Below are positions 39,626 through 50,872 of a stretch of 64,000 nt of DNA, in pieces (position 1 is the first letter of the stretch; each line of letters begins with the position of its first letter). The position numbers and the translations under genes were made by a program. The DNA comes from an uncultured bacterium (GTDB taxonomy: Bacteria; Desulfobacterota_D; UBA1144; Nemesobacterales; UBA2774), in contig CAWGRW010000009.1 in the NCBI GenBank assembly GCA_963825135.1, positions 256,001-320,000 on the forward strand, in the 5' to 3' direction. The notes beneath the pieces are model-generated. The model was given only the letters and a program-made list of their open reading frames with translations, was not told the DNA's origin and searched no databases.

Positions 39626-42600
39626 ATGAGGAGCGCCGGTTCCAGGGAAAATCTCGAGAGACTCATAGGCGGGCTCGAAAAAAAGAGGAGGAAATACCTG
39701 CTCTTGAGAGGAGTTTCGTTCACTGCTCTCGTGTTCCTCTCGACGCTTACGGCCGTATCCCTCCTCTCGCTCCCCTCATCGGCCCCCCTCTACTACCCGG
39801 CGCTCAAGGCGGCGCTCGCGCTGAGCCTCGCATACTGCCTGTACTGGTTCATTTACGTACCGCTTATCAAAAACAGGTCCGGCGGGGAAACGATCGCGGA
39901 GCTCGAGAAAACCTCGGCGGGGCTCGGCGAGGACGCGCTGAGCGCGTTTGAGCTGAACGAGGCGGTAAAAACCTGGGACAATACGCGCGGCACATCGGAG
40001 ACCCTGGCCCTCGCCCACATCGGGAATGTCGCGGGAAAGCTTGCGTCCCTCGATCAGGGCCGCCTGTTCCCCGTAAGAGAGCTCAGAAAATACGCGCTCC
40101 CTTTAGCGGGCGCGGCAGTCATTACGGCAGTCGCGCTTCTCGCAGCCCCCCGCGAATTTACGGGCTATATATTCAGCCCGGATATCACACCGTCGTCCGG
40201 AGGGCCCTATCTCAGGCTCGCCGACATAGAGATAACGCTCAGCTATCCCGGTTATACGAAATCGCCCGCCGAAACCCTGAAGAACGGCACCGGAGACATC
40301 GAGGCCCTGAAGGGGACGAGGGTAAGGATCGAGGCGAGGCCCCTGAGCGGGTACGGCGGGGGGAAGCTCGTAACCGACAGCGGTGCCTCCTACCCCGTAA
40401 TAATAAAAGACGGGAAGATCAGCGCCGAGTTCACTATCCTCGGGAACGGGAGCTACGAGATTACGGAAGGGACCGGAGGCTTCAGGACGAGGCCTTTCAA
40501 GATCAGCTCCATTGATGACAAAAAACCGGAAATCAGGATAAGCAGCCCTCAGGGAAACGAGATCGAACTTGACGCCGACAGCAGGATCGATATCGATTAC
40601 AAGGCCGGCGACGACTACGGGCTTGCCGAGTTCAGGCTCACCTGGGAAGGAGACGCCGGGAAATCGGGCAAGCTCATCGGAAAGGCGAAGGAGGCCCCGG
40701 AGACCTACGAAGGGAAGTACACGCTCGACGCCGGGGGCCTCGATTTCGGGAGCGGGGACTCGCTCAAGCTGCGCGTGGAAGCGCTCGATAACGATTCCGT
40801 CTCGGGACCGAAGTCAGGGGTTTCGAACGCGATCACCGTCAGGCTGAAGGACGCATCCAGACTGCACAGGGACGTGGTCGCCAATTCCGAGCAGCTGATG
40901 GAGGAGATGCTGGGCGTACTCGGAGACGAGATAGAAATCTCCTCAGGCGCGAAGAGCCGCGCGGCGGCCGGGAAGATGACGCCCGCGCCCGATGCAGATG
41001 ATTCCGAGAAGATGCTCGATACGCAGCGGAAGCTCACGGAGAGCATTGAAAGCGCGTCCGTTACGCTCAAGAAAACACTCGAGGGGATGAAGGAAGACAA
41101 CCGCTCCGATTACACCTACTTCGCGGGGCTCGCGAACATGGACGCTAGGATAGACGGGCTTCTAGACGAGCGCCGGGGGGTATTCGAGAACTTCGCGAGC
41201 GTCGACATACCGCGGGCGGGCAGGATGATGCAGAGGGAGATCGCCGAATTCGAGGACGACGCGCTGTTTCTCGACTCGATGATAAAGGGCGAGAAGCTAA
41301 GGGACTCGCTGCTTTCGGGCAGGGAGCTCATGAAAGAGTACGCGGAGCTCTCGGAGATGATGAAGAAGCTCGGCGGGAAGGGCGACGAAGCCCTCAAAGC
41401 GGAAATACAGAAGAAGCTCGACCGGCTCGGCGAGCTTATGTCCGAGCTTGCCCGGAAGATGAGCGCTATGAGCGGGGACGTTCAGGAGGGTTTCCTCAAC
41501 CGGGACGCGTTTAAGTCGATAGACATGCAGAAGAAGCTCGCCGAGATTGCGAAGCTCATGAAGGAAGGGGATATCCAGAAGGCGATGCAGATGATGGCGG
41601 GCCTCGAGCAGAGCCTCCAGAGTATGATGGCCTCGCTCGAGAGCGGCTTGCAGTCCTTCGGCATGTCGTCCCTTTCCCAGGACATGTCCAAGCTGAACGA
41701 GATCATAGCGAGGCTCGACGGGCTCGAAAAGGAGGAGGCCGGGCTTAAGGACAGGACGCAGGGCCTCAAAGACTCTCTCCTCAAGAAAAACGGCTCAGGC
41801 AGCGATAACATCCGAAACTTCATAGATAAGGAGAAGGAAAAGGTAGAGGGGATAAAAAAGAACCTGTCGCTTGCAAAATCGAAGGTCGCGAAAGGCGGAC
41901 AGGACGAAAGCTCTCCCGAAGCCGCTTATCTCCTCGACAGCCTCAGGCAAAAGGCCGAGGAGTTAACGAACTGGCTCGATTCGATGCAAATGAAGGAAGC
42001 GCAGAAGAACGCTGAAAACGTAGAGGAGACCTCGAAGGGACTCCTCGATCTGGGAGACGCCGGCGTCGGCAATCTAAAAGACGCGAGAGAGGAGATCGGG
42101 AAGTCGAGGCGGTTAGCCGGTGAGATCGCCCGGGACCTTGAGAGGTTCGAGCACTCCGGGGAGGAAACGCCCGAATCCTCCGGAATGGCGAAGAGACAGG
42201 AAGAGGTCAAGAATGAGACGGCGGGGCTTTCGGACGAGCTCGACAAAATGAAGAACGAGACGCTTCTCAGCCCCGGCATAGGCGAAGATGTGGGAGACGC
42301 TCAGAGCCACATGGGGAGGGCGTCCGACAACCTCGGAGGGAACGAGCTCTCGAAAGCCATTTCGAACCAGGGCGAGGCGGTCAAGTCGCTGAAAGAGGCG
42401 CGTGAGAAAGCACAGAGCCTTCTTCAGAAGATGCAGGCCAGCGCGCAGGGGAGCGGCTCTCCCGTACCGATGGTGCTCGGCCGGCAGCAGACGGGACAGG
42501 GAACCCAGGGAGCCGACACCGAGTACGTAGAGATACCGGAGGCGGCCGAGACCGAGATAGGGAAGGAATTCAAGGAGAAGATACTCGAGGCTATGAAAGG

Positions 42601-42661
42601 AGGCTCGCCCGAGGGTTTCAGCGAGCTCAACAAGAAATATTACGACAGGATTATAAAATGA
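39626..42661 (+). CDS. DUF4175-like membrane-anchored long coiled-coil protein
   Basis: N-terminal TM segments; beta-rich region with DDYGL; Met/Gln-rich coiled coil; C-terminal KKYYDRI. Confidence 0.7.
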   Translation: MRSAGSRENLERLIGGLEKKRRKYLLLRGVSFTALVFLSTLTAVSLLSLPSSAPLYYPALKAALALSLAYCLYWFIYVPLIKNRSGGETIAELEKTSAGLGEDALSAFELNEAVKTWDNTRGTSETLALAHIGNVAGKLASLDQGRLFPVRELRKYALPLAGAAVITAVALLAAPREFTGYIFSPDITPSSGGPYLRLADIEITLSYPGYTKSPAETLKNGTGDIEALKGTRVRIEARPLSGYGGGKLVTDSGASYPVIIKDGKISAEFTILGNGSYEITEGTGGFRTRPFKISSIDDKKPEIRISSPQGNEIELDADSRIDIDYKAGDDYGLAEFRLTWEGDAGKSGKLIGKAKEAPETYEGKYTLDAGGLDFGSGDSLKLRVEALDNDSVSGPKSGVSNAITVRLKDASRLHRDVVANSEQLMEEMLGVLGDEIEISSGAKSRAAAGKMTPAPDADDSEKMLDTQRKLTESIESASVTLKKTLEGMKEDNRSDYTYFAGLANMDARIDGLLDERRGVFENFASVDIPRAGRMMQREIAEFEDDALFLDSMIKGEKLRDSLLSGRELMKEYAELSEMMKKLGGKGDEALKAEIQKKLDRLGELMSELARKMSAMSGDVQEGFLNRDAFKSIDMQKKLAEIAKLMKEGDIQKAMQMMAGLEQSLQSMMASLESGLQSFGMSSLSQDMSKLNEIIARLDGLEKEEAGLKDRTQGLKDSLLKKNGSGSDNIRNFIDKEKEKVEGIKKNLSLAKSKVAKGGQDESSPEAAYLLDSLRQKAEELTNWLDSMQMKEAQKNAENVEETSKGLLDLGDAGVGNLKDAREEIGKSRRLAGEIARDLERFEHSGEETPESSGMAKRQEEVKNETAGLSDELDKMKNETLLSPGIGEDVGDAQSHMGRASDNLGGNELSKAISNQGEAVKSLKEAREKAQSLLQKMQASAQGSGSPVPMVLGRQQTGQGTQGADTEYVEIPEAAETEIGKEFKEKILEAMKGGSPEGFSELNKKYYDRIIK

Positions 42662-44283
42662 AGTCAGCCGGTTTATTAACCAGAACGATATTCCCCATTC
42701 TCATGCTCCTCTCGTCGGCTGCCTACGGGGCCCCCGCGCCTGAGGAAAACCTCACGCAAATACTTCGGGACGGGGAGACCGACATAAGGAAATGGAAAAT
42801 CGACGACGCGTCCGTTGAGGCGGATAAGGCCATAGAGATTGCGGACTCAGACGAGGAAAAGCACGACGCGTATTACCTGAAAGCCGTCGTCGAGTACTAT
42901 CTCGGCAACTACGGAGAGGCCCGGGAGTACGCCGGCAAGGCGCTTGGCGCAGGCCCTACCGGCGAAAAGGATGAAGAAGACGGTTTTATGGAATTCATAA
43001 AACGCTCCGTAGAGAAAAAGCCCGAGTTTAAGGAGCTGAAATCGGATCACTTCACGTTCAGGTATGCGCACCCCGAAGACTACATAATAGCGGAGTACGG
43101 AAAAGACGTGCTCGAGAAGTCCCGGTTCGAGATAGGGCTCGACCTGGAGGAGTATCCGAAAGATACCGTGATAGTGGAGATATACCCCGACCTCGAGAGC
43201 TTTACCGCGGCCACGACACTCCCGCCCGAGAACGTGGAGAAGACGGGAGTCATCGGCATATGCAAGTTCAACAGGATTATGATACTGTCCCCGCGGCTCC
43301 TGCCCAAAGGCTACTCGTGGTCGGACACGCTCGCGCACGAATACACCCACTACCTCGTGTTCCTCAAGAGCGAGAACACGGTCCCGGTGTGGCTCCACGA
43401 GGGCATCGCGAAATACGAGGAATCGAGGTGGAGGAAGGAGAAGCGCAACGTGCTGACCCCCTTCTACGAAACCATACTGGCCCAGGCGCTCGAGAAGGAC
43501 GAGTTCGTCCCCATAAAAAAGATGCACCCGTCGCTGGCGCTCCTCGATAACGCGAGAGAGGCGCAGCTCGCGTTCGCCCAGGCCGGGACCAGCGTGAACT
43601 TCCTCGTCGACAGGTGGGGGAACGAAGCGCTCGTAGGACTCCTCGAAGCGATGAAGGAGAGGGACGATTTTAACCTGGCCCTCGAGGATGTCACGGGACT
43701 CGACTTCGACGCTTTTTACGGATCGTGGAAAAAGTATCTCCGCAGTAAAAATTTGAGCGAGAAGATACCGGGCGTTAAGGTGAAAGGCATCAGGATAAGC
43801 AGAACGGAAGGGAAAAAGGGCGACGGGAGCGAGGACCTCGTCGATATAGACAACGGCAAGGCGCGCGGCCACACGAGGCTGGGCGACCTGCTGAGCACGA
43901 GGGGCAGGCTCCGCTCCGCGTCATACGAATACGAAAAAGCGCTCGGCTTCGACCCGGGTTCTCCGCTCATATCCACGCGCCTCGCGTCCGCGCTCGACGG
44001 CTCCGGGGAGACGGACAGGGCGCTCGGTATTCTCGACCCGCTCCTTGAGTTTTATCCGGAGAACGTGGACATACACATCGTTCTCGGAAGAATATATATC
44101 GAAAAAGGGAATGCCCGGAAGGCCGAGGAATCATACCTCGCCGCGGTCTCGATAAACCCGTTCGACCCCGAGGTGCATACGGCGCTTGCCGCCATATACG
44201 AAAAAGAGGGAAGGAAGGAAGAGGCGGGAAGAGAGAGGAAAATTCTCGACATACTAACGAAAAAGGACGAAGAACATGAATAA
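42658..44283 (+). CDS. TPR protein with an MA-type zincin peptidase domain
   Basis: AHEYTH...PVWLHEGIA; TPRs on both sides; signal peptide. Confidence 0.85.
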   Translation: MKSAGLLTRTIFPILMLLSSAAYGAPAPEENLTQILRDGETDIRKWKIDDASVEADKAIEIADSDEEKHDAYYLKAVVEYYLGNYGEAREYAGKALGAGPTGEKDEEDGFMEFIKRSVEKKPEFKELKSDHFTFRYAHPEDYIIAEYGKDVLEKSRFEIGLDLEEYPKDTVIVEIYPDLESFTAATTLPPENVEKTGVIGICKFNRIMILSPRLLPKGYSWSDTLAHEYTHYLVFLKSENTVPVWLHEGIAKYEESRWRKEKRNVLTPFYETILAQALEKDEFVPIKKMHPSLALLDNAREAQLAFAQAGTSVNFLVDRWGNEALVGLLEAMKERDDFNLALEDVTGLDFDAFYGSWKKYLRSKNLSEKIPGVKVKGIRISRTEGKKGDGSEDLVDIDNGKARGHTRLGDLLSTRGRLRSASYEYEKALGFDPGSPLISTRLASALDGSGETDRALGILDPLLEFYPENVDIHIVLGRIYIEKGNARKAEESYLAAVSINPFDPEVHTALAAIYEKEGRKEEAGRERKILDILTKKDEEHE

Positions 44284-45307
44284 CGAACTCGAATCGAGAG
44301 AAGACAGGGAAAAGGTGGAAGAGCTCGCGGAAGCCAGGGGCGGGATAGTGCGCGAGATCGGCAAGGCCATAGTGGGACAGGATAAGGTGATAGACCACCT
44401 GCTCATCTCCCTTATGTCCTCGGGCCATTCCCTCTTCGTAGGCGTCCCGGGTTTAGCGAAGACCCTTCTCGTGAGCACGCTTACACAGGTGCTCAACCTC
44501 AAATTCAACCGCGTCCAGTTCACGCCAGACCTCATGCCGTCGGACATCACGGGCTCAGAAGTGCTCGAAAAAGACCCGACCTCGGACACGAGGTTCTTCA
44601 GATTCATCCACGGCCCCATATTCTGCAACATCCTGCTCGCGGACGAGATAAACAGGGCCTCGCCCAAGACGCAGGCGGCACTGCTTCAGGCGATGCAGGA
44701 GAAGAAGGTGACGGTCGGCGGGGAGACCTACCCCATCGCTGCCCCGTTCCTCGTGTTCGCCACCCAGAACCCGATAGAGCAGGAGGGCACCTACCCTCTG
44801 CCCGAGGCGGAGCTCGACAGGTTCATGTTCCAGATAGACGTCTCATACCCGTCGTACGAAGAAGAGATTGAGATAGTGAAGACGACGACCGGCACGTACA
44901 AGCCCGAACCTCAGAAGATTCTCGACTCGAAAAAGATACTCGAATACCAGGAGCTCGTTCACAGGGTACCGGTCCCGGACCACGTCGCAGCATACGCAGT
45001 AAAGGTGGCCAGGGCGACCAGGCCTGATGACCCGGGCACGCCGGAGTCGGTCAGGCACGGGGTTTCATGGGGAGTGGGGCCGAGGGCGTCTCAGTACCTT
45101 ATCCTGGGAAGCAAGGCCCGCGCGGTACTGTCGGGAAGGTACGCCCCGACTACGGACGACGTGAAGGCCATAGCGCCCGCGGTGCTCAAGCACAGGGTGG
45201 TCCTCAATTTCAGGGCCGAAGCGGAGGGCGTAAAGCCCGACGATATTATTCGGGAGATCCTGGATAAGATCGATCCGCTCGGGGACGCTCGTCTCCGAGC
45301 TTCCTGA
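44276..45307 (+). CDS. moxR: MoxR family AAA+ ATPase
   Basis: GVPGLAKT, QFTPDLMPSD, ADEINRA and ATQNPIEQEGTYPLPEA. Confidence 0.95.
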   Translation: MNNELESREDREKVEELAEARGGIVREIGKAIVGQDKVIDHLLISLMSSGHSLFVGVPGLAKTLLVSTLTQVLNLKFNRVQFTPDLMPSDITGSEVLEKDPTSDTRFFRFIHGPIFCNILLADEINRASPKTQAALLQAMQEKKVTVGGETYPIAAPFLVFATQNPIEQEGTYPLPEAELDRFMFQIDVSYPSYEEEIEIVKTTTGTYKPEPQKILDSKKILEYQELVHRVPVPDHVAAYAVKVARATRPDDPGTPESVRHGVSWGVGPRASQYLILGSKARAVLSGRYAPTTDDVKAIAPAVLKHRVVLNFRAEAEGVKPDDIIREILDKIDPLGDARLRAS

Positions 45308-46826
45308 CGACAGCGGTACTCGGGAACTTATTCTGAAGGAGCGCCTCCACCGAAGGCTCCATCCTGGACAGGAACGGCTTCGGGAATATACCCATCACGA
45401 ACATCATTATCGCGATAGGGAGGAGCACGAGTATCTCTCTCAGGTTTATATCGTGGAGCGTCTTGTTTTCCTGTTTATCTAACGGGCCGAACATGACCTT
45501 CTGATACGCCATCAGCATGTAAACGGCGCCCAGTATTATGCCCGTCGCACCTAGCGCAGCATAGACGTAATTGAATTCAAATGTGCCGAGCAGTATCAGG
45601 AACTCCCCGACGAACCCGTTCAGTAACGGGAGTCCGATCGACGAAAGCGTTGCCAGCATGAAGAACGCGGCGAATATCGGCATGACCTTCGCTATCCCTC
45701 CGAATTCGGCTATCTTCTTCGTATGCCTCCTCTCGTATATCATCCCTACGATGAGGAAGAGCGCCCCTGTAGAGAGCCCGTGGTTGATCATCTGGTATAT
45801 GCCGCCCTCGACGCCCTGAATGTTGAGCACGAATATGCCGAGCATGACCATCCCCAGGTGGCTCACGCTCGAATACGCGACGAGCTTTTTCAAATCCTTC
45901 TGCGCAAACGCGACGAACGCCCCGTAAATAATGCCTATTATCGCGATCGCGATGAGTATCGGCAGGTACCGCTCCGTAGCCAGCGGAAAAAGCGGCAGGA
46001 GGAAACGGACGAATCCGTACGTACCCATCTTCAGCAGCACGCCCGCCAGTATTACGCTTCCCGCCGTGGGGGCCTCGACGTGAGCGTCGGGGAGCCACGT
46101 ATGGAACGGGAAGAGCGGCACCTTGATCGCGAACGCCAGGAAGAACGCCAGGAACGCTAGGCCCTGCGGGCTGAGGATTCCGTCAAACGGTATCGTCAGC
46201 TTGTAGAAATCGAGCACGTCCATGGACGGCGCGCCGAACTGCTTTACGTGCTGGAAGAACAGATAGAGTATGGCTATCAGCATGAGGGCGCTTCCGAACG
46301 CCGTATAGAGGAAGAACTTCACGGCCGCGTATATCCTTCTTTCCGTCCCCCATATCCCGATAATGAAATACATCGGTATGAGCACCGCCTCCCAGAAGAC
46401 GAAAAAGAGGATCATGTCGAGGGCGGCGAACGTCCCTATTAGCGCGGTCTCCAGGAGCAGCATCAGTATGAGGAATTCCCTTATGCCCTTGTGGATCGCG
46501 TGCCAGGAGCTCAGTATCGTAATTGGCATCATGAACGTCGTCAGAAGCACGAGGAAAAGGCTTATGCCGTCGAGACCGACGTGATAACTAATACCGAGAT
46601 TGGCTATCCAGGGTATCTTCGTCTCGAACTGCATCCCGGGGACTCCCCCGGCAAACGATGTGAAGAGCGGGATAGACAGCACGAACTCGACGAGGCTCAC
46701 AAGGAGGGCGGCTGTCTTCATCTCCGCGGAGCCTTTATATATATAGGAAAGCAGCGCTATGAGCGGTATTCCGGCGAGAGGGAAAAATATGACGAGAGAA
46801 AGATTTCCGCTCAGTAACGATTCCAT
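45246..46826 (-). CDS. nuoM: NADH-quinone oxidoreductase subunit M (stand-alone)
   Basis: FHTWLPDAHVEAPTAGS, LLKMGTYG and AYSSVSH. Confidence 0.93.
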   Translation of the reverse strand: MESLLSGNLSLVIFFPLAGIPLIALLSYIYKGSAEMKTAALLVSLVEFVLSIPLFTSFAGGVPGMQFETKIPWIANLGISYHVGLDGISLFLVLLTTFMMPITILSSWHAIHKGIREFLILMLLLETALIGTFAALDMILFFVFWEAVLIPMYFIIGIWGTERRIYAAVKFFLYTAFGSALMLIAILYLFFQHVKQFGAPSMDVLDFYKLTIPFDGILSPQGLAFLAFFLAFAIKVPLFPFHTWLPDAHVEAPTAGSVILAGVLLKMGTYGFVRFLLPLFPLATERYLPILIAIAIIGIIYGAFVAFAQKDLKKLVAYSSVSHLGMVMLGIFVLNIQGVEGGIYQMINHGLSTGALFLIVGMIYERRHTKKIAEFGGIAKVMPIFAAFFMLATLSSIGLPLLNGFVGEFLILLGTFEFNYVYAALGATGIILGAVYMLMAYQKVMFGPLDKQENKTLHDINLREILVLLPIAIMMFVMGIFPKPFLSRMEPSVEALLQNKFPSTAVVRKLGDERPRADRSYPGSPE

Positions 46827-47107
46827 TTATGGTTGATTCCTCAGTATGGTGGTGCAGCAGCCGTTTACAGGGGTTTAAATATACTTGAGGCGGGGGATGT
46901 TTCAAGAATTCGGACCGATTTAATGAAAGGGGGATCGTTACGGGCTTTCCCGGACGCATAAGATGAGGGAATTGCCTTGTTCCGGTCCGGCCATTCCGGA
47001 AATACGCCGATCATGAAAGTGTTCATGCGGCAGGGAATGCGGGATTTGACTTTCCTCCGCGTTTTCCTTAATAATAACTTCCGTAAGGACGGCGGCGTAT
47101 CGAACAT

Positions 47108-47605
47108 ATGACCACTCCAGCGAAGAAACCTCCGGTCGGCATCATAATGGGCTCCCAGTCGGACTGGGAGACGATGAAGCACGCCGCGGAGACTCTCGAC
47201 GCCTTAAAGATACCCTACGAAAGTAAAATAGTTTCCGCGCACCGCACCCCGGAGCGTTTATATGAATACGCCCGGACCGCGCGCGGGCGCGGGCTGAAAG
47301 TGATTATAGCGGGCGCGGGCGGCGCGGCTCACCTGCCGGGTATGACGGCCGGCATGACCACGATCCCTGTCTTGGGCGTGCCTGTAGAGAGTAAAACGCT
47401 CAAGGGCCTCGACAGTCTGCTATCGATCGCCCAGATGCCCGCCGGTATCCCCGTCGGCACGCTCGCCATCGGCACGCCCGGGGCTAAGAACGCCGCCCTT
47501 CTCGCGGCAGCTATACTTTCGATTTCGGACGAGAAAATCGCGGCCCGGCTCGAAGCGTTCCGCAAAAAACAGACAGCGGGCATAGCCGTAAAACCCAGGC
47601 GTTAA
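47108..47605 (+). CDS. purE: N5-CAIR mutase
   Basis: MGSQSD, SAHRTP and [10 protein letters not shown]. Confidence 0.97.
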   Translation: MTTPAKKPPVGIIMGSQSDWETMKHAAETLDALKIPYESKIVSAHRTPERLYEYARTARGRGLKVIIAGAGGAAHLPGMTAGMTTIPVLGVPVESKTLKGLDSLLSIAQMPAGIPVGTLAIGTPGAKNAALLAAAILSISDEKIAARLEAFRKKQTAGIAVKPRR

Positions 47606-47615
47606 AAAGAACCGG

Positions 47616-48707
47616 ATGATATTCGAATCGATCACACTCGGCATACTCGGCGGCGGTCAGCTTGGTCGCATGAGCGCGCTCGCCGCGGCCCGGCTCGGCA
47701 TAAAGGTCCACATTTACACACCCGAAAAAGACAGCCCGGCCGGGCAGGTCGCGGCGAAGACGTTCACCGGGGAGTACGGCGACAAGAGGAAGCTGAAGGC
47801 GTTCGCCGAGAGCGTGGACGTCGTGTCGTACGAGTTCGAGAACATCCCGGTCGAAACCGTGCGGTATATCCGTAAGCTCCGTCCCGTTTATCCGAACAGC
47901 AGGCTGCTCGAGATCTCACAAAACCGTATCACCGAAAAGAAATACCTGAACGACATAGGCATTCCCACGGCGAAGTGGGCCCCTGTCCGGAGCGCGCACG
48001 ATATAGAACTTGCCGTGAGCGAAATTGGAGGAAAGAAATTCATACTGAAAACCGCGCGGCTCGGATACGACGGCAAGGGACAGCTCGTCCACAGACTTAC
48101 GGACGACCCCGGGAAGAGCTGGAATAAATTGAATTCGAGAGAGCTGATTCTCGAAGAGATAGTCGATTTCTCGTGCGAGGTTTCGGTGATAATAGCGCGC
48201 GACATGCAGGGGAATAGCGCGCTCTACGGCCCCGTGCTGAACGAGCACAAGGACCACATCCTTTCCCGGAGCATAGTCCCCGCGCCGATACACGCACGCT
48301 CTGCCGTGCGCGCTCGCGAGACTGCGCACCTGCTTGCCGACGCTGCGGGCCTTGTCGGTGTGCTTGCGCTCGAGATGTTCATCACGAAGGACGGCAGGAT
48401 ACTGGCGAACGAGATCGCCCCCCGCACACACAATTCAGGGCACTGGACTATCGACGCCTGCGCCTGCTCCCAGTTCGAGCAGCACGTGCGCACCGTCTGC
48501 GGACTGCCCGTTGGCGACCCCGCCCGGCATTCGGACGCCGAGATGATTAACCTCATAGGCAAAGACGTCACGAAGATTGCGAAGTGGTATAAAACAGAAA
48601 ACGCGTGCATACACCTCTACGGCAAGTCCGAGATCAAGGACGGCCGCAAGATGGGACACGTGACGATTTTAAAGCCCCTGACCGCACCCCGTAAACGAAG
48701 CCGCTGA
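47616..48707 (+). CDS. purK: N5-CAIR synthetase
   Basis: GGGQLGRM, GYDGKGQ and NEIAPRTHNSGH. Confidence 0.97.
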   Translation: MIFESITLGILGGGQLGRMSALAAARLGIKVHIYTPEKDSPAGQVAAKTFTGEYGDKRKLKAFAESVDVVSYEFENIPVETVRYIRKLRPVYPNSRLLEISQNRITEKKYLNDIGIPTAKWAPVRSAHDIELAVSEIGGKKFILKTARLGYDGKGQLVHRLTDDPGKSWNKLNSRELILEEIVDFSCEVSVIIARDMQGNSALYGPVLNEHKDHILSRSIVPAPIHARSAVRARETAHLLADAAGLVGVLALEMFITKDGRILANEIAPRTHNSGHWTIDACACSQFEQHVRTVCGLPVGDPARHSDAEMINLIGKDVTKIAKWYKTENACIHLYGKSEIKDGRKMGHVTILKPLTAPRKRSR

Positions 48708-48764
48708 ATAAGTCTCATCTATCGGACCTCGAAAGAGGCTATTTTAAACAGCCTTGGACTACAA

Positions 48765-49508
48765 TCAGGCGTTGAAGCCGCCGTCTATAGTCAGACTCGC
48801 GCCCGTGACGAAAGAGGCTTCGGGACCCGCGAGGTATGAGACCAGTCCAGCGATTTCGTCGGCTTCGGCGTATCGTCCGAGAGCTATCATGCTCTTCATC
48901 GACTCGGCGAACTCCCCTTCCGACGAGTTCATGTCCGTAGCGGTCGGGCCGGGCTGAACCGTGTTGACCGTGATGCCGCGGGGTCCGAGGTCGCGGGCAA
49001 GCCCGCGCGTGAGACCCGCGACTGCGGCTTTGGTCATGGCGTAAACAGCGCCCCCGATAAATGGTATACGGTCCCCGTTGACGCTCCCGATATTGATGAT
49101 GCGCCCGCCCTGACCCATGTGCAGCGACGCCTCCTGAGCCGCCGCAAACACGCCGCGTATGTTTACGGCGACCATGCGGTCGAAATCTTCGAGGGAGAAC
49201 TTATCTAGCGGAGCGACCACGAGAGCCCCGGCGTTATTGACCAGCACGTCGAGACGGCCGAGTGTTTTGACGGCATGATCGACCGCGTGTTTCACTGCCC
49301 CGGCGTCTCCGCTGTCGGCGCGAACGGCGAGGCCCCGTCCGCCCTCAGCCTCGATTGCGCGCACCACTTCATCGGCCTTCTGCTGTGCGCTTGCGAACGT
49401 GATGGCGACATCGGCCCCGTCCCGAGCGAGACGTTTCGCTATGGCCGCCCCTATGCCGCGCGACCCGCCCGTAACGAGCGCGACCTTCCCTTCGAGTTTT
49501 TTAGACAT
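48765..49508 (-). CDS. Short-chain dehydrogenase/reductase
   Basis: TGGSRGIG, NNAG and YAMTK. Confidence 0.93.
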   Translation of the reverse strand: MSKKLEGKVALVTGGSRGIGAAIAKRLARDGADVAITFASAQQKADEVVRAIEAEGGRGLAVRADSGDAGAVKHAVDHAVKTLGRLDVLVNNAGALVVAPLDKFSLEDFDRMVAVNIRGVFAAAQEASLHMGQGGRIINIGSVNGDRIPFIGGAVYAMTKAAVAGLTRGLARDLGPRGITVNTVQPGPTATDMNSSEGEFAESMKSMIALGRYAEADEIAGLVSYLAGPEASFVTGASLTIDGGFNA

Positions 49509-49981
49509 ATCACTGCTCCTTTTGTGAATATTCTCATTTATCTACATACATATATGTTACGAACCTCGGCCGTCCCGCGCAAGCCGGGGGCCCCCCGGCA
49601 AGGCCTCCGCTAATCAACTGAGCGCCCGGCCCGGTTAATGGAAAGTCCCCGTGGGGGAGATTATTTATTCCGGCCTGCAATTAACCCGTATCCCCGTATA
49701 CACAGATGTGATAATATGATTTTAGAGAGCGTATGTACTGCACCCTTTTGTCAAGTTGGGTTTAAGTTGGGACCGAAGCTTTAATCTAAAAAAAATTGTG
49801 ATTTGTCAATCTGCAAGTGGGATTGATTTCATCTTACAACTGCGCCATTACAAAACACTCCTAACCTGCTATATTGTTTTATAATAAAAATGGGTTTCTG
49901 GCGGATTTGAATTGGTGATATCTGGGGGCACAAACCCCATTTATCTAGTTATACAGGATATAATAAGAGAGGATATTAAAA

Positions 49982-50824
49982 ATGAAAAATATTGAAAGAG
50001 CCGTAGCTCAACATTACGGGGTCCCAGACCTTTTGGAGCGTATTTACAAGGGGCTTGAGGCTGCTGGCACGGAGTTAAACCGCTTACAGCCCGAAGATTT
50101 GGCTCCTGTTGACGAGTATCATATCGGGGGACGCAAAGCCACTGCACATGCCATTGAAAAGATGTCCTTGAACAAGGATCAACATGTTCTTGATATTGGC
50201 TGTGGCATAGGCGGCACTGCACGCTACATGGCCGAGAAGATTGGATGTAAAGTAACGGGCATAGACTTGACGCCTGAATATATTTCAATCGCTAAGACAC
50301 TAACGGATCTGACTGGCCTAGGCAACAATGTGACCTACAAAGTTGCCAGCGCTCTTGACATGCCCTTTGAAAGTAAAACCTTCGATGCGGCGATAACTAT
50401 CCATGTTGCCATGAATATCCCGGAGCGAGCAACGCTTTATCGTGAAATTGCACGGGTTATGAAACCTGGCGCGACGCTTTGTATTTACGATGTGATGAAA
50501 AAAAGTGATGAAAGCTTTTCCTTTCCCGTGCCGTGGGCGGAATCGGCAGTTACCAGTCATCTGACAACGCCAGAAGAAATGTGCACTCTTCTTGATGATG
50601 CCGGGTTTGATGTTCGCGAAGTCGACGATCGCACTGATTTTGCGCTCAACTTCTTCAAACAGAGTTTGGCTGCCGCTGCAGATGGGCCACCCCCTCTCGG
50701 GATACATCTTATAATTGGCTCGAGTGCCCCCGAGAAGTTAAAGAATATGCAGAGCAATATTGAGAACGGCTGTATCTCCGTTGTGCAAATGATTGCAGGC
50801 CGGTGTACTAACCCCCCGTTTTGA
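49982..50824 (+). CDS. Class I SAM-dependent methyltransferase (passenger)
   Basis: DEYHIGG, VLDIGCGIGG, GIDLT, HVAMNI and FPVPWA. Confidence 0.92.
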   Translation: MKNIERAVAQHYGVPDLLERIYKGLEAAGTELNRLQPEDLAPVDEYHIGGRKATAHAIEKMSLNKDQHVLDIGCGIGGTARYMAEKIGCKVTGIDLTPEYISIAKTLTDLTGLGNNVTYKVASALDMPFESKTFDAAITIHVAMNIPERATLYREIARVMKPGATLCIYDVMKKSDESFSFPVPWAESAVTSHLTTPEEMCTLLDDAGFDVREVDDRTDFALNFFKQSLAAAADGPPPLGIHLIIGSSAPEKLKNMQSNIENGCISVVQMIAGRCTNPPF

Positions 50825-50872
50825 AGGGACTGAAGGCGCGTAAGTGTGTCCACTGGTACTGATCACCTTATA

